From Eledone cirrhosa (Eukaryota): a DNA stretch of 64,000 nucleotides. The stretch is from NCBI GenBank assembly GCA_964016885.1, contig OZ024742.1, positions 4,154,001-4,218,000 of the forward strand, written 5' to 3'. Made by a program: the position numbers and the translations under genes. The notes below the pieces were generated by a model that worked only from the letters and a program-made list of their open reading frames with translations, made no database searches and was not told the DNA's origin. Positions 39,071-54,524 of this stretch are shown here, piece by piece; position 1 is the first letter of the stretch, and each line of letters opens with the position of its first letter.

Positions 39071-40162
39071 CCAAGCACCAAGCACCAAACACCAAGCACC
39101 AAGCACCAAGCACCAAACACCAAGCACCAAACACCAAACACCAAACACCAAGCACCAAGCACCAAGCAACAAACACCAAACACCAAGCACCAAGCACCAA
39201 ACACCAAACACCAAGCACCAAACACCAAGCACCAAGCACCAAACACCAAGCACCAAACACCAAGCACCAAGCATCAAACACCAAGCACCAAGCACCAAGC
39301 ACCAGACACCAAACACCAAGTACCAAACACCAAGCACCAAGCACCAAACACCAAACACCAAGCACCAAACACCAAGCACCAAGCACCAAACACCAAGCAC
39401 CAAACACCAAGCACCAAGCACCAAGCACCAAACACCAAACACCAAGTACCAAACACCAAGCACCAAGCACCAAACACCAAACACCAAGCACCAAGTACCA
39501 AACACCAAGCACCAAGCACCAAATACCAAACACCAAGCACCAAGCACCAAACACCAAGCACCAATCACCAAGCACCAAGCACCAAACACCAAGCACCAAG
39601 CACCAAGCACCAAACACCAAGCACCAAACACCAAGCACCAAGCACCAAACACCAATCACCAAGCACCAAAAACCAAGCACCAAGCACCAAGCACCAAGCA
39701 CCAAACACCAAGCACCAAACACCAAGCACCAAGCACCAAACACCAAGCACCAAACACCAAACACCAAGCACCAAGCACCAAGCACCAAACACCAAGCACC
39801 AAGCACCAAGCACGAAGCACGAAGCACCAAACACCAAGCACCAAGCACCAAGTACCAAACACCAAGCACCAAACACCAAGCACCAAGCACCAAATACCAA
39901 ACACCAAGCACCAAACACCAAGCACCAAACACCAATCACCAAGCACCAAGCACCAAACACCAAGCACCAAGCACCAAACACCAAGCACCAAGCACCAAAC
40001 ACCAAGCACCAAACACCAAGCACCAAGCACCAAGCACCAAGCACGAAGCACCAAACACCAAGCACCAAGCACCAAGTACCAAACACCAAGCACCAAACAC
40101 CAAGCACCAAGCACCAAATACCAAACACCAAGCACCAAGCACCAAACACCAAACACCAAGCA

Positions 40163-40163
<1 letters not shown>
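39071..40163. repeat. 7-bp satellite (CACCAAG/CACCAAA)n, ~155 copies
   Basis: Directly visible. The WCLVLGA ORFs are artefacts of this repeat. Confidence 0.97.
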
Positions 40164-42230
<2,067 letters not shown>

Positions 42231-42231
42231 C

Positions 42232-42274
<43 letters not shown>

Positions 42275-42406
42275 GTCCGTATGTGAAAGACTAGCGTCCG
42301 AAACGTTAAGACCCTCTTCCTGTTACACCAAGCGTTAACCTAATATATCCCTTCTATATACTGTACCGATTGTGTTGTTATTTCTGTTTACCTTTTACAT
42401 ACACAG

Positions 42407-42547
<141 letters not shown>

Positions 42548-43374
42548 TAAGTATCTATACGTACATACATATATGTATACAGACGTACAGTAGTATGTAT
42601 ATATATACATAGATGCACACACATATATATATGTACGTATGCGTTTACCGAACATTCATTATAATGTTCGGTTTGTTTGTAAACAAACAGCCCGAATTAA
42701 GCCGTACAGTGTTCGGCAACAATCGTTGCGATTTCGTTCAACACTGACAAAGGAAGGATGAATTAGTTTCAAGCTTATTAGCTATCATCAGCACCGTATA
42801 CCTTCCTGTCAGATGATTGAACGTTTGAAAGTATATACTTTGCTTATGCATATTAACGGCTGAGCAGCCTAATTTGCATATCGAGTTAGTTAGTCGGCTG
42901 GGCGTACCGAAAACGATAAATGGAAAAGAATGAAATGAAATTTCATTTCTCACCCTTAGTACGGTTGATACTTAAATATAAGTATGTATACGTACATACA
43001 TATATGTATACAGACGTACAGTAGTATGTATATATATACATACATGCACACATATATATATGTACGTATGGGTTTACGGAACATTTATTATAATGTTCGG
43101 TATTAGCCGTACTAAGAGTGAGAAATGAAATTTCATTTCATTCTTTTCCATTTATATGTGTATATGTGTACTTTGTGTTTTGGTTGACGTACGTCCGCGA
43201 ACATATATGTATTTACATGTAGGTATGTGTGTGCGCGCGTTATATACGTATTTATGTGTGTATATTTATATATATTATGTATACACGCACACACACACAC
43301 ATATATATATATATTTTTTATATATATATTTTATGTGTATTTGGTGTATACGTTCGTATGTGTGCGAGTACAGG

Positions 43375-44012
43375 AATTGGTATTAGTTATAACCTTACAT
43401 TCATAGACTAAGTTTTTATCAAGACAATGGTTATTGAGAGGACATTTAGTTCTAACAGGGCAATTACAATTGCGATTAGAGAAATTAACAGAGTTATTAA
43501 CAAGTGACCTAATGTTATTTATAGGAGGAATTGGATTGGAGAAGTTATTAACAATAGGAATAATAGTTTCCTGATTTAGATTGGTATTATGAACATTCAA
43601 CGAAGTTACGTTTAACGTCGTATTTGAGTTTTTATTCTTCCTTAGTTCCTTAAGGATAAGGTTATTATAGTTATCCCTAGATACACCATATAAATTATTA
43701 GTTTTGTCGGAGTGGACTGAGACATTTTTAGAGGAATTAAGGTTTAAAATCGTATTCCTGAGATTTACAAGGTGCTCTTGTCCTCTGTAAGGGTTTCTCT
43801 TGAATTTAAGATTTCTTATAATATTAGTTAATTCTTCCTCGAACTGCACTTGATTTTTGTTGGAAGGAGGATTTCTTCTAGAGTTAAATAAATGATCAAG
43901 AAAATGATGTCCCTTAGTATAGAAATTTCCTTTTTGGCGCTGGTCGTGGAAAAAAGCTATCCATCTAAGCCTTCTCATAAAGGTCATTGTTAACTCTAGG
44001 CTAGATTCTGTA
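43375..44012 (-). mobile_element. Penelope-like element B, minus arm (N-terminal domain joined to the GIY-YIG linker)
   Basis: ORF 43331..43987: FMRRLRWIAFF...HSDKTNNLY...CNCPVRTKCPLNNHCL..LVYEC. Confidence 0.85.
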
Positions 44013-45859
44013 AACTCAAATACGACGTCAAACGTAACTTCGTTGAATGTTCATAATACCAATCTAAATCAGGAAACTATTATTCCTATCGTAAATAACT
44101 TGTCCAATCCAATTCCTCCTATAAATAACACTAGGTCACTTGTTAATAACGCTGTTAATTTCTCTAATCGCAATTGTAATTGCCCTGTTAGAACTAAATG
44201 TCCTCTCAATAACTATTGTCTTGATAAAAACTTAGTCTATGAATGTAAGGTTATAACTGATACCAATTCCTTTACCTATTTCGGTTCCACTTCCACCTCC
44301 TTCAAAGTTGGATTTTATAATCACAATTCGTCTTTTAAATACCAACTTAAAAGAACTAACACGGCACTCTCAGAACTCATATGGTCCTTGAAAGACAAAA
44401 ATATTAACTATAAGATCTCTTGGAGAAAGGTTTGTTCTGCCTCTCCCTACTTGAATGCCTCCCTATCCAGAACATGTAATCTTTGCCTAGCTGAGAAATT
44501 TACCATTATATCTAATTTCAATTCTATAATAAATAGACGCACGGATTTATTTTCTCTCTGCTTGCATAAATTCCACAGAACATTCCATAAAGTATACAGC
44601 TAATATCTAATACCTTACTAGTTTGAAATCCTTTTCTCAAAGGCTTATATATCTTTTAAAAATATACCCATCTTTCTACCTTATTTCAATATTATTTATT
44701 ATATATTATATAATACAAGTTACTCATTCTATATCATTCCTCTTTATCACTTTCCTTTCTTCCTCTTTTCTTTTTAATTTCTAACCTCTAATCTGTACCT
44801 TTTCTTCCTAACTACTTCTCAATTCTTATTATTACTCACCACAACATTATCCATTCTTCAATCTTTCCTCATATCATTGGCCATAAAAATTATTATTATT
44901 GTTTTAATACATTATAGTATTACCTTTAATAGTCCTTTGTAAACATAAACATTTTTTTGACGTTAGATTTTTCTTCCTTAAATTCCTTATCTCATCCTGT
45001 CATGCTCGTTTGACTTTTACATATTACAATACATAAAAACAAACTTAAATCCTAACCCTAACTAATTTCATTTAATATATTATATTATTACCATTAGAAA
45101 ATATTTCGTAAACATATATATTTTTTGATGTTAGATATTTTCTTCCTTAAACATTCTTTTCTTCTTTGCCTTCTGCGCTCATTTTTAAACAAACTATTTA
45201 CGTACACATATTACATTACGTAAAAACAAACTTAAACCCTAACTAATTCCTCTAAATTCATAACTCATTCATCCTTCTACTTCTTTTCACATTATATCCT
45301 TAATAACATTAATATTTTAATTTTAATAATACATATTAATAATTTCTTTTCCTCGCACATATTATTAAACCCTTCAATATACAAACCTTAATTTAATATT
45401 ATTCTTAATCCCTTTTTCTCATCATGCATAAACCTCATTAACTTTTAATTTCAAATTCTTTTAAATTATCTATTATCTTCCAACGGCTTTTTAACTTCTC
45501 TCTGTGAGACAATATATATTATTTCTCAGTTGTAAAGGCTATGATTCTCTCTCTATCACCAATCTCTCTTCCTCTCTCATCCTTCCTTCTTATACTCCTC
45601 CCCCACCATTCTTTACTCTCATCTCCTCTTCCTTACCTTTTCCACCCCCCCCCCTCACTTTTTCCCAATCTCATACATCAATCTTAAATCATTTTTCATA
45701 TGTTGATTTAAAACTTCACTATTCACAAGTGTTTTTTAAGCTTCATATCATGTATCCCTATTTTATCTGATGAAAACGCAGATATCATCCCATGATGATA
45801 TTTGTTTTTGAAATGCGCATAATAAAATACTTGGAACTCTTTTAACCATCTTTTGATCT

Positions 45860-45862
<3 letters not shown>
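44013..45862 (+). mobile_element. Penelope-like element B, plus arm (GIY-YIG ORF 44043..44603 and 3'UTR)
   Basis: CNCPVRTKCP, LVYECKV, YFGSTSTSFK and CNLCLAE. Ends in a hammerhead motif and (TA)n. Confidence 0.88.
45759..45829 (+). ncRNA. Type I hammerhead ribozyme motif
   Basis: Stem I TATTTTAT/ATAAAATA, CTGATGA 45767-45773, 16-bp stem II (one mismatch) with CCAT loop, GAAA 45810-45813, stem III TGCGCA, UH = TA. Confidence 0.9.
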
Positions 45863-45900
<38 letters not shown>

Positions 45901-48116
45901 TATATATCAAGCAAAAAAAGAGATGCAAACGAGGTCATTGAATGGTACAAGAACATTGAAGATAAGAAAAACTATAAATTCATCCAGATGGATATTACTA
46001 GCTACTAACTTCTAACTAAGGCCCTCTCATATGCTTATAAGCATACTGATCTAACCACAAATGAAATAGATATACTTTTAGCAGCCAGAAGAACTCTCAT
46101 TAACTTCAATAACGAATTTTGGACACGCTCAGAAAGAGATAGAAACTTTGATATCACTATGGCGGCATCTGATTCCGCGCAAATCACAGATCTTCTGGGA
46201 ATATTCATATTAAACATGATAAATAGAAAACTGCCGGAGATTACCGGTGGTTTATATAGAGATTACATTTTATTTACGGTGGTCAAACACAATAATATAG
46301 AATTAAATAGAGTTAAAAAAAGTATAATAGAATTCTTTAAAACGTACGACCTTAAATTAGAAGTAGAAAATGGTACCAAAATAGTTAATTTCCTTGACGT
46401 TACCTTTAACTTAAACACTGGCTTCTATTACCCTTTTCATAAGCCTAATGAAAACTTAAATTATGTTAGTAACTATTCAAATCACCCTAGATCTGTAAAA
46501 AAAAAAAACTATAGTAAATAGTGTGCAAAAACGTATTAATAAAATATCAGCTAATAAAGATATATTTGATAAAAATGCGGAATATTACAACAACGCTTTA
46601 AAAAGAGCAGGATATATGAATAATATAGAATATGTAGATAATAACAATCCAAGTATTATTCCTAATAATAATAATAAAAATAATAATTCATATAAGAGTA
46701 ACTCTAATAACTTAAACACACATATGCTAAATAAATCGAGAATACGAACTAGAGCTAAACCAGTCATATGGTTTGCACCCCCAGTCTCGGTCGCAGTTAA
46801 AACACCAATTGCCAAACTATTCTTTAAAGCTCTTGACATCTCTTTCCCTACTCAACATAAATACCATTCCATTTTTAATAGACATACCATTAAATTCGCA
46901 AATTCTACAACCAGTAACATGGCCCAAAACATCGCCAAATTAAACGCCAAAATCCTAAAACCAAACCAACATAATGATCATAATAATAGAGTTAACATTA
47001 ATGATACTAAACCAAAATGTAATTGTAGAAATAAAAATAATTGCCCTTTGCAACATAATTGTTTAGATAATAATTTGGTTTATAAATGACTGTAAAAACT
47101 GACCATAAAACATACAATTACATTGGATCAACCTCGTCCACATTCAAACTTCGTTTCGCGAACCATAAATGCTCAACCTCGAACTCTAAGAAGAAATCAT
47201 CCACGTCTTTATCACAGCTCATATGGTCTTTAAAAGAGAAGAATCTAGAATACTTCATTCTTTGGACAAAACTTCGGAACTGTGGAATTTACCGCAGCTC
47301 TAGTATATCAAATAACTGCCCGCTCTGTACAATGGAGACCCTGTTGATTATTAATAATTATGAGACCCTAATTAACAAAAAAAGTGAATTATTCTCTAAT
47401 TGCCTCCATAAAGCTACGTCCACTTTTTTAGCCTCACATAAAACGAGAGAGAAAGAACCAATAACAACTCGGTTACCAGGAATATATAATCAACAGTAAA
47501 AAACATCAATGGCCTTTAATATTGCTTTATTTTATAACTATCTATAGAAAAAACGTTAGAATGAATGACAATATTTCAATTAGCATGCCTAAACATTGAT
47601 ACACACAACATTATTTGTTAACTTTGATCAACACCATCATTTATCTATAATTTAGTACAATACCTAATCCTTACATATTTATTGAATTTATTTAACTGTG
47701 AATTATTAATACATTTGTGATCTCTTTTAAATTTTAGTTTAATACCCAATTCAAAAATTTTTATGAAACTTATCTATAACTCCAAATTTTTAATGACTAT
47801 TTTTATCTATTATTTATAGTACAATATAGCATATATTTCTTTTAAATATACTTACTACACTATAAAATCTAAATTTTGAGACGGATTCAAACTTATATAT
47901 AAATGTGAAATTTTCGCTGTACTTTCGATCTCTTATTTATTTATTTATAATATATATGTAGTTATATATTGTATTTTATATATTTTTAAATATTTTAAAA
48001 TATACCTACCACATTTCTATATATATGATTCAAATATAGAGAAAATATCCAAACTAAAAATTATTATAGACATTATTTTGAACTCTGTATTATCCATGCA
48101 CTCATTGTTTGTTTTT

Positions 48117-48151
<35 letters not shown>

Positions 48152-48257
48152 TTAAATGTAACACGTTGATAAGAGTATAACTGTTATCATTTACCTAAAG
48201 TATACTACACTAATAATACCTAATATATATCTATATATATACATCCCTATATCTAAT

Positions 48258-48358
48258 AATTGTTTCTACTTTTGGCACAAGGCCAGCAATTACACAGTGC
48301 ATTACTGGTACTTTATTTTATCGACCCCGTAAGGATGAAAGGCAAAGTTAACCTCGGC
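48258..48358 (-). mobile_element. SINE 3' half inserted in the 3'UTR of element C
   Basis: Reverse complement matches 25170-25270. Confidence 0.8.
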
Positions 48359-49104
48359 TAATAATATGTTGATATCTTGGTTGAAGAATAATTAGTACAT
48401 TTACACCCAGTTATACATATGTATATATTTATCCTTAACATATTATTTTATTTTTATCTTCGTCGGTATTATTTACCTTAAACATACTGGCTCATTAATA
48501 TATACCTATATACATAATAGTTATTTAAATATTTATAACAATAAGTACTACAAAAGCTTTACTTACCTAATATGTTGGTATATTTGTTAAAGTTTAGATT
48601 TAGGTAATTAATCAACAGTATAATATTTCATTCTTTATGTGCCAGCTAATTCCTTTAAATGTTAGTCTCACAATTCAGAAGTTTAGAAATGATAACACAC
48701 TTATCGAATTTATATAAATAATATATAAATAACTAGCAAATAATCCTGACATCTGGAGTCTTCACCTTAATATCATAAAATAAATATTTTAAAATCTAAC
48801 CGTTTAACTTTCGAATACCCCCCCCCCCACACTTTATTTTTCCCTCCTTATAAATCTTTTTCCAGTGGCTATCACTGGATGTTATGTTTCATGAGACGTT
48901 TTCCTAGATATATCGTAGTATCATACACTTTTAAATTTTAGAACACTTACAGTATGCAACGTTTTTTCTTACTCACACATCCTCTAATGAATTTATTACG
49001 TTTTCGCACTTTCACATACATATTATATAAGTAAAGTTTCTATCGGGTAATCACTACCTTCATTAAATCTTAACCATTTAACATCTCAGGGTATGTCACG
49101 TATC

Positions 49105-49167
49105 ATTACATTTTGTGTGATGAGGACGTACTGTTGTACATCCGAAATATGTATAATAAAATGTAAT
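49105..49167 (+). ncRNA. Type I hammerhead motif with C3G core change
   Basis: Stem I ATTACATTTTGT/ATAAAATGTAAT, GTGATGA, stem II GGACGTAC-TGTT-GTACATCC, GAAA, TATGTA, TA. Confidence 0.8.
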
Positions 49168-49207
49168 TGATCAAAAGAACATCTATTTTATTAATACTTA
49201 TATTTTA

Positions 49208-49306
<99 letters not shown>

Positions 49307-49314
49307 TGTCTGTT

Positions 49315-49715
49315 GACACCTGGAATTTAGCTTAAGAGAAACATGACAATAAGGATATGATAGGCACCCAATATTTTCAACTGGTTTATAGAATTCTCTT
49401 GGCGTTTGTCACTCTAAGTAGTGCTTTAAAGGATTAGCTTTTAAAGAATTTCCCTTTTCTTTAAATCCATCAACCATGACCGACCCCCCAACCATCTTAT
49501 AGGCACCTGAAATATAGGCATTGTTAGCCTAAGAGAAACTTAAAAATAAGGAGTGGCTCCCCAATCTGAACTTGTTTATAGAATTTATAGAATTCGTTCT
49601 ACCTTTGTCACTCTAAATATAAATTATAGCCTTAAAGAATTAACTCTTAATGAATTCCCTTTTCTTTCAACCAATGACCCCCACCCATCCCACTCTCCAC
49701 CCTCTCCTACCACCT
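49315..49715 (+). repeat. Degenerate ~190-200 bp direct tandem duplication
   Basis: CACCTG..TTAGC(T/C)TAAGAGAAAC..AATAAGGA..TTTGTCACTCTAA..CCCTTTTCTTT occurs twice. Confidence 0.65.
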
Positions 49716-50185
49716 GAAAAGATATAAATACCACAACATTTATTTTGGAAAGCCAGATTCCTGATGGTTTCCAAAGAATGAAACAGTTCTAGTCCTGTAG
49801 AATCTCATCTATATTAAAACTGTTATACTCTGCTGTGTATTGAGTACCTTACTTACTGTGGTTACCTCCGATTCAACCCGGAATAACTTTGGATTTTAGT
49901 CTTCAAATTTATTATTATTACTATATATATATATATATGTATGTATGTATGTATGTAAAAACTGATATAAAGCACTCAACACATATTTGAATTAAAAATA
50001 CGATATTAACAAATGGAAACTATATTTATAAAACCATATTTATTTCATTATACATATTTCAAGGACACCAAGTTAAATTATGGTGTGCTTTCATCAGATA
50101 AAATATAATATAGATCAGTTTTATAAATAAATATTGGCATACCCTTAAAGAATGCAACCATTACTGTTGGAAGCTCCCAGGAGCT

Positions 50186-50539
50186 TAACAAAATAAGATG
50201 CTGAGGTTACATAGATCGTTTAATCATTATAATTATTTCCACGGTTCTCCATGCAATCGAGTAGTTCTTTATGTATTTGTTGTTGTTATGAGAACGGGAT
50301 CCTCAAGTGATAACCGATATGTTTGATATGCTGCCGGTATATGTCTGCTGAGCACACAAGCAATAGGATGTGGTGTGTTTTTTCCTGCCAGCGACATATC
50401 AAACATATCGGTTATCATCTGAGGATACCGTTCTCATACCAACAACAAATGCATGAAGGGCATCCCGATTGCATGGAGAACCGTGTAAATAATTATACTG
50501 ATTAAACGATATATGTAACCTCAGCATCTTACTTTGTTA
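50186..50539. mobile_element. MITE-like element with ~150-bp imperfect terminal inverted repeats
   Basis: TAACAAAATAAGATGCTGAGGTTACATA...TATGTAACCTCAGCATCTTACTTTGTTA, with TA at both ends. Confidence 0.7.
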
Positions 50540-50624
50540 TTTTTATAAAATTCTCCATCGTAACTAAAAACTACGATTGTTGAGAGCATTCTCTTGCTTA
50601 CTCCTGTTTTTACCAAAACAATCT

Positions 50625-50711
<87 letters not shown>

Positions 50712-50723
<12 letters not shown>

Positions 50724-51352
50724 TTGAGGTTGGTAATGGCACATGGAATATATAAGAGACAGAATACTTTTTTGTGAAAAAACATATAATTTTATAAGGT
50801 AAGGAAATAATAAAGGGTATAAAAAATGACCGGTTTCGATGGGTCTGCAAAAGCCATCTTTTCAAATATTGATTAATATTAAGAGAAATTAATAATAAGA
50901 AGAGTTAAAATTTGAGATTTGAAAATTCAAGTATAAAATTCATTGTGGGATTTCATAGTAGTTTTCATCTTGGTAGTAGCTCGTTGATTGCTTCTGGTAG
51001 TGAATGAGAAGTTATTTGGGGGTGTGGGTTATTTTATAAAATAACCCACACCCCCAAATAACTTCTCATTCACTACCAGAAGCAGTCAACGAGCTGCTAC
51101 CAAGATGAAAACTACTATGAAATCCCACAATGAATTTTATACTTGAATTTTCAAATCTCAAATTTTAACTCTTATTATTAATTTCTCTTAATATTAATCA
51201 ACATTTGAAAAGATGGCTTTTGCAGACCCATCGAAACCGGTCATTTTTTATACCCTTTATTATTTCCTTACCTTATAAAATTATATGTTTTTTCACAAAA
51301 AAGTATTCTGTCTCATATATTCCATGTGCCATTACCAACCTCAATTTTCTCT
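50712..51352. repeat. Near-perfect ~640-bp palindrome (arms ~315 bp, no spacer)
   Basis: Centre TTATTTTATAAAATAA at ~51036. Arms differ by a few substitutions and a 3-nt indel. Confidence 0.95.
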
Positions 51353-51383
51353 ATAACCTTCGTTTTGTGTAGTAAATTACACT

Positions 51384-51431
<48 letters not shown>

Positions 51432-51464
51432 GGTGGTTGTGTGTAAGTTAGCGAGGTGTGTGTT

Positions 51465-51640
51465 GTTTTACCAGTTTCAAACATTTGACTACGGCCATGG
51501 TGGAACAAAGTATTGTAAGGACAAAGTCGATCATATCTAACCCTATACCGTTTTCTTTCAACAAGTCTGGTAATTATTTATCGATCTCTTTGTATTGAAC
51601 TGCTTATTTTCGGTACACAAATCTTAAACAGATACGACAG
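51465..51640 (-). mobile_element. Degenerate SINE 3' portion
   Basis: TTTGACTACGGCCATG...CTGGTAATTATTTTATCGATC resembles the reverse of the SINE body. Confidence 0.5.
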
Positions 51641-52823
51641 CCACCCCAACCATCCAACTTGGCCTGCGTCTATGTGTTTACACATACACTCATAAACACG
51701 CACACACACACATACACATACGCACACGAAGCCTTTGTTTGTATAAATTTATTTATTTATATTATGTACACATCAACCCTAAATATGGAGAACTAAACCT
51801 ACGACCATCACACGCAATCGAGTATGACTTAATAGTATATGCCAGAATTTTGCCAACGGTTTTATGTCTCCATGTAGACGGTAGTAGAGACAGACACGAT
51901 GCTTCCTCTGTAACAGGAACGGAGTAATACTTTGTGTCGACTTCAAAATAGTGAAAGTGAGAATGGAACTCTGTGTAATTAGAGCAAAGAGCTGAGACAG
52001 GTGGAAGATATAAGTAACATTCTAATGACTTTGCTTGTGGTGGTGGGGGTGATGGTGGTTATAGTGGTGGTGGTGGTGGTGGTGGTGGTTGTTGTCGTCG
52101 TTGTGGTGGTGTTGGTGGTGGTGGTGGTGGTAGTCGTGGTGGTGGTGGTGGTGGTGGTGATTTGCCTTATGTAAGTGTTGATCGAGGAGACATGATAAAA
52201 TGCAGTATTCTTATCTTTTGTAAGGCATGGTGGATCAAGGATTATTTCATATGATGCGTCCTTCCTTTTGCTGTTGTGTTGTTTAAGACTAGGTGAACCC
52301 CTAAAGTGATAGCATACCTTAGACCAAATATGTTCTGTGACAAACTCATCATTCTCGAAGCCGACAGGTCATGATAAGAGGGAAATTTAGCTTTTCGAAT
52401 ATCAATTATTTTTTCATACATATATAATTGAATGGGTTTTTTTTTTCAAAGATTTATAGAGAGAATCAAGCATGGTTTAACTACAATTACTAACATGTCA
52501 ATCGCCCGCTTCTATTCCATATATTCTTTTTGTGACTGAATAATACTTTTTTAAGTGGTCGATATAGATATCAACTAACGTTATTTATAAGATGTCCTCC
52601 GCTCTCTGCGGTAGAAGTAAATATTTATATAACTCAGGTAGAACAAAATGTCAAAACATTCACAAACCTGATGTTCCAGAAGAAACAAACTCTCATAAGA
52701 ACAGAGGGACAAAGATTCTGTGATTTTATTTAGAACATTATTTATAGAATCGTGTTGAGTCTTCTGAGAGGAGTGTATTGAGATATTTATATGTACATGA
52801 CATTGAAACGGTGCTTTTCTACC

Positions 52824-52891
<68 letters not shown>

Positions 52892-52893
<2 letters not shown>

Positions 52894-53430
52894 GAAAAAG
52901 TGGAGAATAACATGGTCAACAGTACAAAAAGTGGGATTTATTTGCAGTCTAACAATTGTTTCACTGATAGAGTTGTCTAAAAATTGCTGAACACTAAAAG
53001 TAGTGCCACTCAATGTTAACTCTATTAGATCTTCAGAAACTGTTAAAAAAATATATATGTAACCGGCAAATTTACAAATTCAAATTACCTCATCAATAAT
53101 AATATTAATAATAAAGATATAGAGAGAAAAAGAGGAAGAAAGAGAGATAGATACAGTAAAGAAAGAAAGGAAAGGAAGGAGAAGAAGAAGAAAGAGAAAG
53201 AAAAAGAGAAAGAAGAAGAAAAGGAGAAATTATTATAGATAGAAATATAAAGAGAGGAAGATATATAGAATATGATGGTAGATAGAGGAGAGACAAACAT
53301 AAGTAAAAATAACGTATGATAGAAAGAAGAATATAGGGACAAATAAAAGAATAAACGTTAATACATGAATAAATGTAAATAAAAATAAAAGTAGATATAT
53401 AAAAAATATTACATAAAATTTGCATAAAAT
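52892..53430 (-). mobile_element. Penelope-like element D, inverted 3'UTR arm
   Basis: Pyrimidine-rich on the minus strand like the other 3'UTRs. Ends in a hammerhead motif and then (TA)n at 52829-52891. Confidence 0.65.
52945..53042 (-). ncRNA. Type I hammerhead ribozyme motif with ~67-nt stem II
   Basis: Minus strand reads CAGTTT-CTGAAGA-TCTAATAGAGTT...AACTCTATCAGT-GAAA-CAATTG-TT-AGACTG. Confidence 0.8.
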
Positions 53431-53439
53431 TTACATAAA

Positions 53440-54465
53440 AAATACAGGAAAACTACAGAGTCGACACTCAATAGCATTAACAAGGAAGGTCTTAACATAG
53501 TAAAAAAACTTAAAATATCCGATAGAACAGAACCTCTAACCCCTGGTACACCCACCTTTAATCTGAAGGATCATAAATGTAACTTCGAAACTAACCCTAC
53601 TATTAGATTAATATGTCCAGCAACATCAGATATAGGCAGAATTAGCAAGTTTATGCTAGATACTACAAATTAAAGAACAACTAATAATGAAGCTCTGGGG
53701 TAACACAAATGAAACAATAGATTGGTTTAATAAATTAGACAATAGAGAATCTTCCGACTTTATACAATTTGACATAAATGACTACTACTCTTCTATTTCC
53801 CCAGTTACCCTAAATAAGGCACTATCCTTTGCTCAAGAAAACTCTGACTTTTCACCAGATGAAATTAAAATAATACTAACTGTTAGAAGAACAATCATTA
53901 AATTCGACAATAGTTACTGGGAGCGAAAAAATAGACAGAATAACTTCGATATAACTATGGGATCAAATGATTCAGCCCAAATTACGGACATTGTTGGAAT
54001 TTATATAGCACATTTCTTACATAGGGAATTTGATAATCTACAAGGAGGAATCTATAGAAACGATACGTTACTTTTAGCTAAAAACTTAAATAATCAAAAC
54101 TGATAAAGATTCTAAAAAAGCTAACTTCTTAGATGTATCGCTCAACCTTAACTCAGGACTAATAGAACCCTTCCATAAAAATAATTAAAATTTACCTTAC
54201 ATGGATTATAACTCTAATCACCCTCGTTCCCTAATTAACTCCATAGCACATAGTATATCCCTTAGAATCTCGCGCCTATCTTCTAATCTAGAGATTTCTA
54301 ACGAACACGCTAAGTACTACAACATAGCTTTACTTAAGGTAGGCCATAAAGAGAAACTCAAATACATACCAGATACAAAAAATAACAACACACTTAATAT
54401 TAATAGCACCATCCACACCTATAGAAACAACAAACCTAGGACTATACATAAAAATTGGCAACAAT
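53440..54465 (+). mobile_element. Penelope-like element D, RT fragment
   Basis: LKDHKCNFETNPTIRLICPATSDIGRISK, FIQFDINDYYSSI, TMGSNDSAQITDIVG, GGIYRND, NFLDVSL and SNHP. Confidence 0.9.
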
Positions 54466-54524
54466 ATATATATATATATATATAGGTAAATATACACGGG
54501 TGTGTATGATTGTGTATAGAAGAT

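Larger units (their letters stand above)
45905..49205 (+). mobile_element. Penelope-like element C, 5'-truncated (RT + GIY-YIG + 3'UTR), disrupted
   Basis: KFIQMDI, TMAASDSAQITDLLG, GGLYRDY, VNFLDVTFNL, SNHP, CNCRNKNNCP, YIGSTSSTFKLRFANH and CPLC. (TA)n lies on both sides. Confidence 0.92.
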
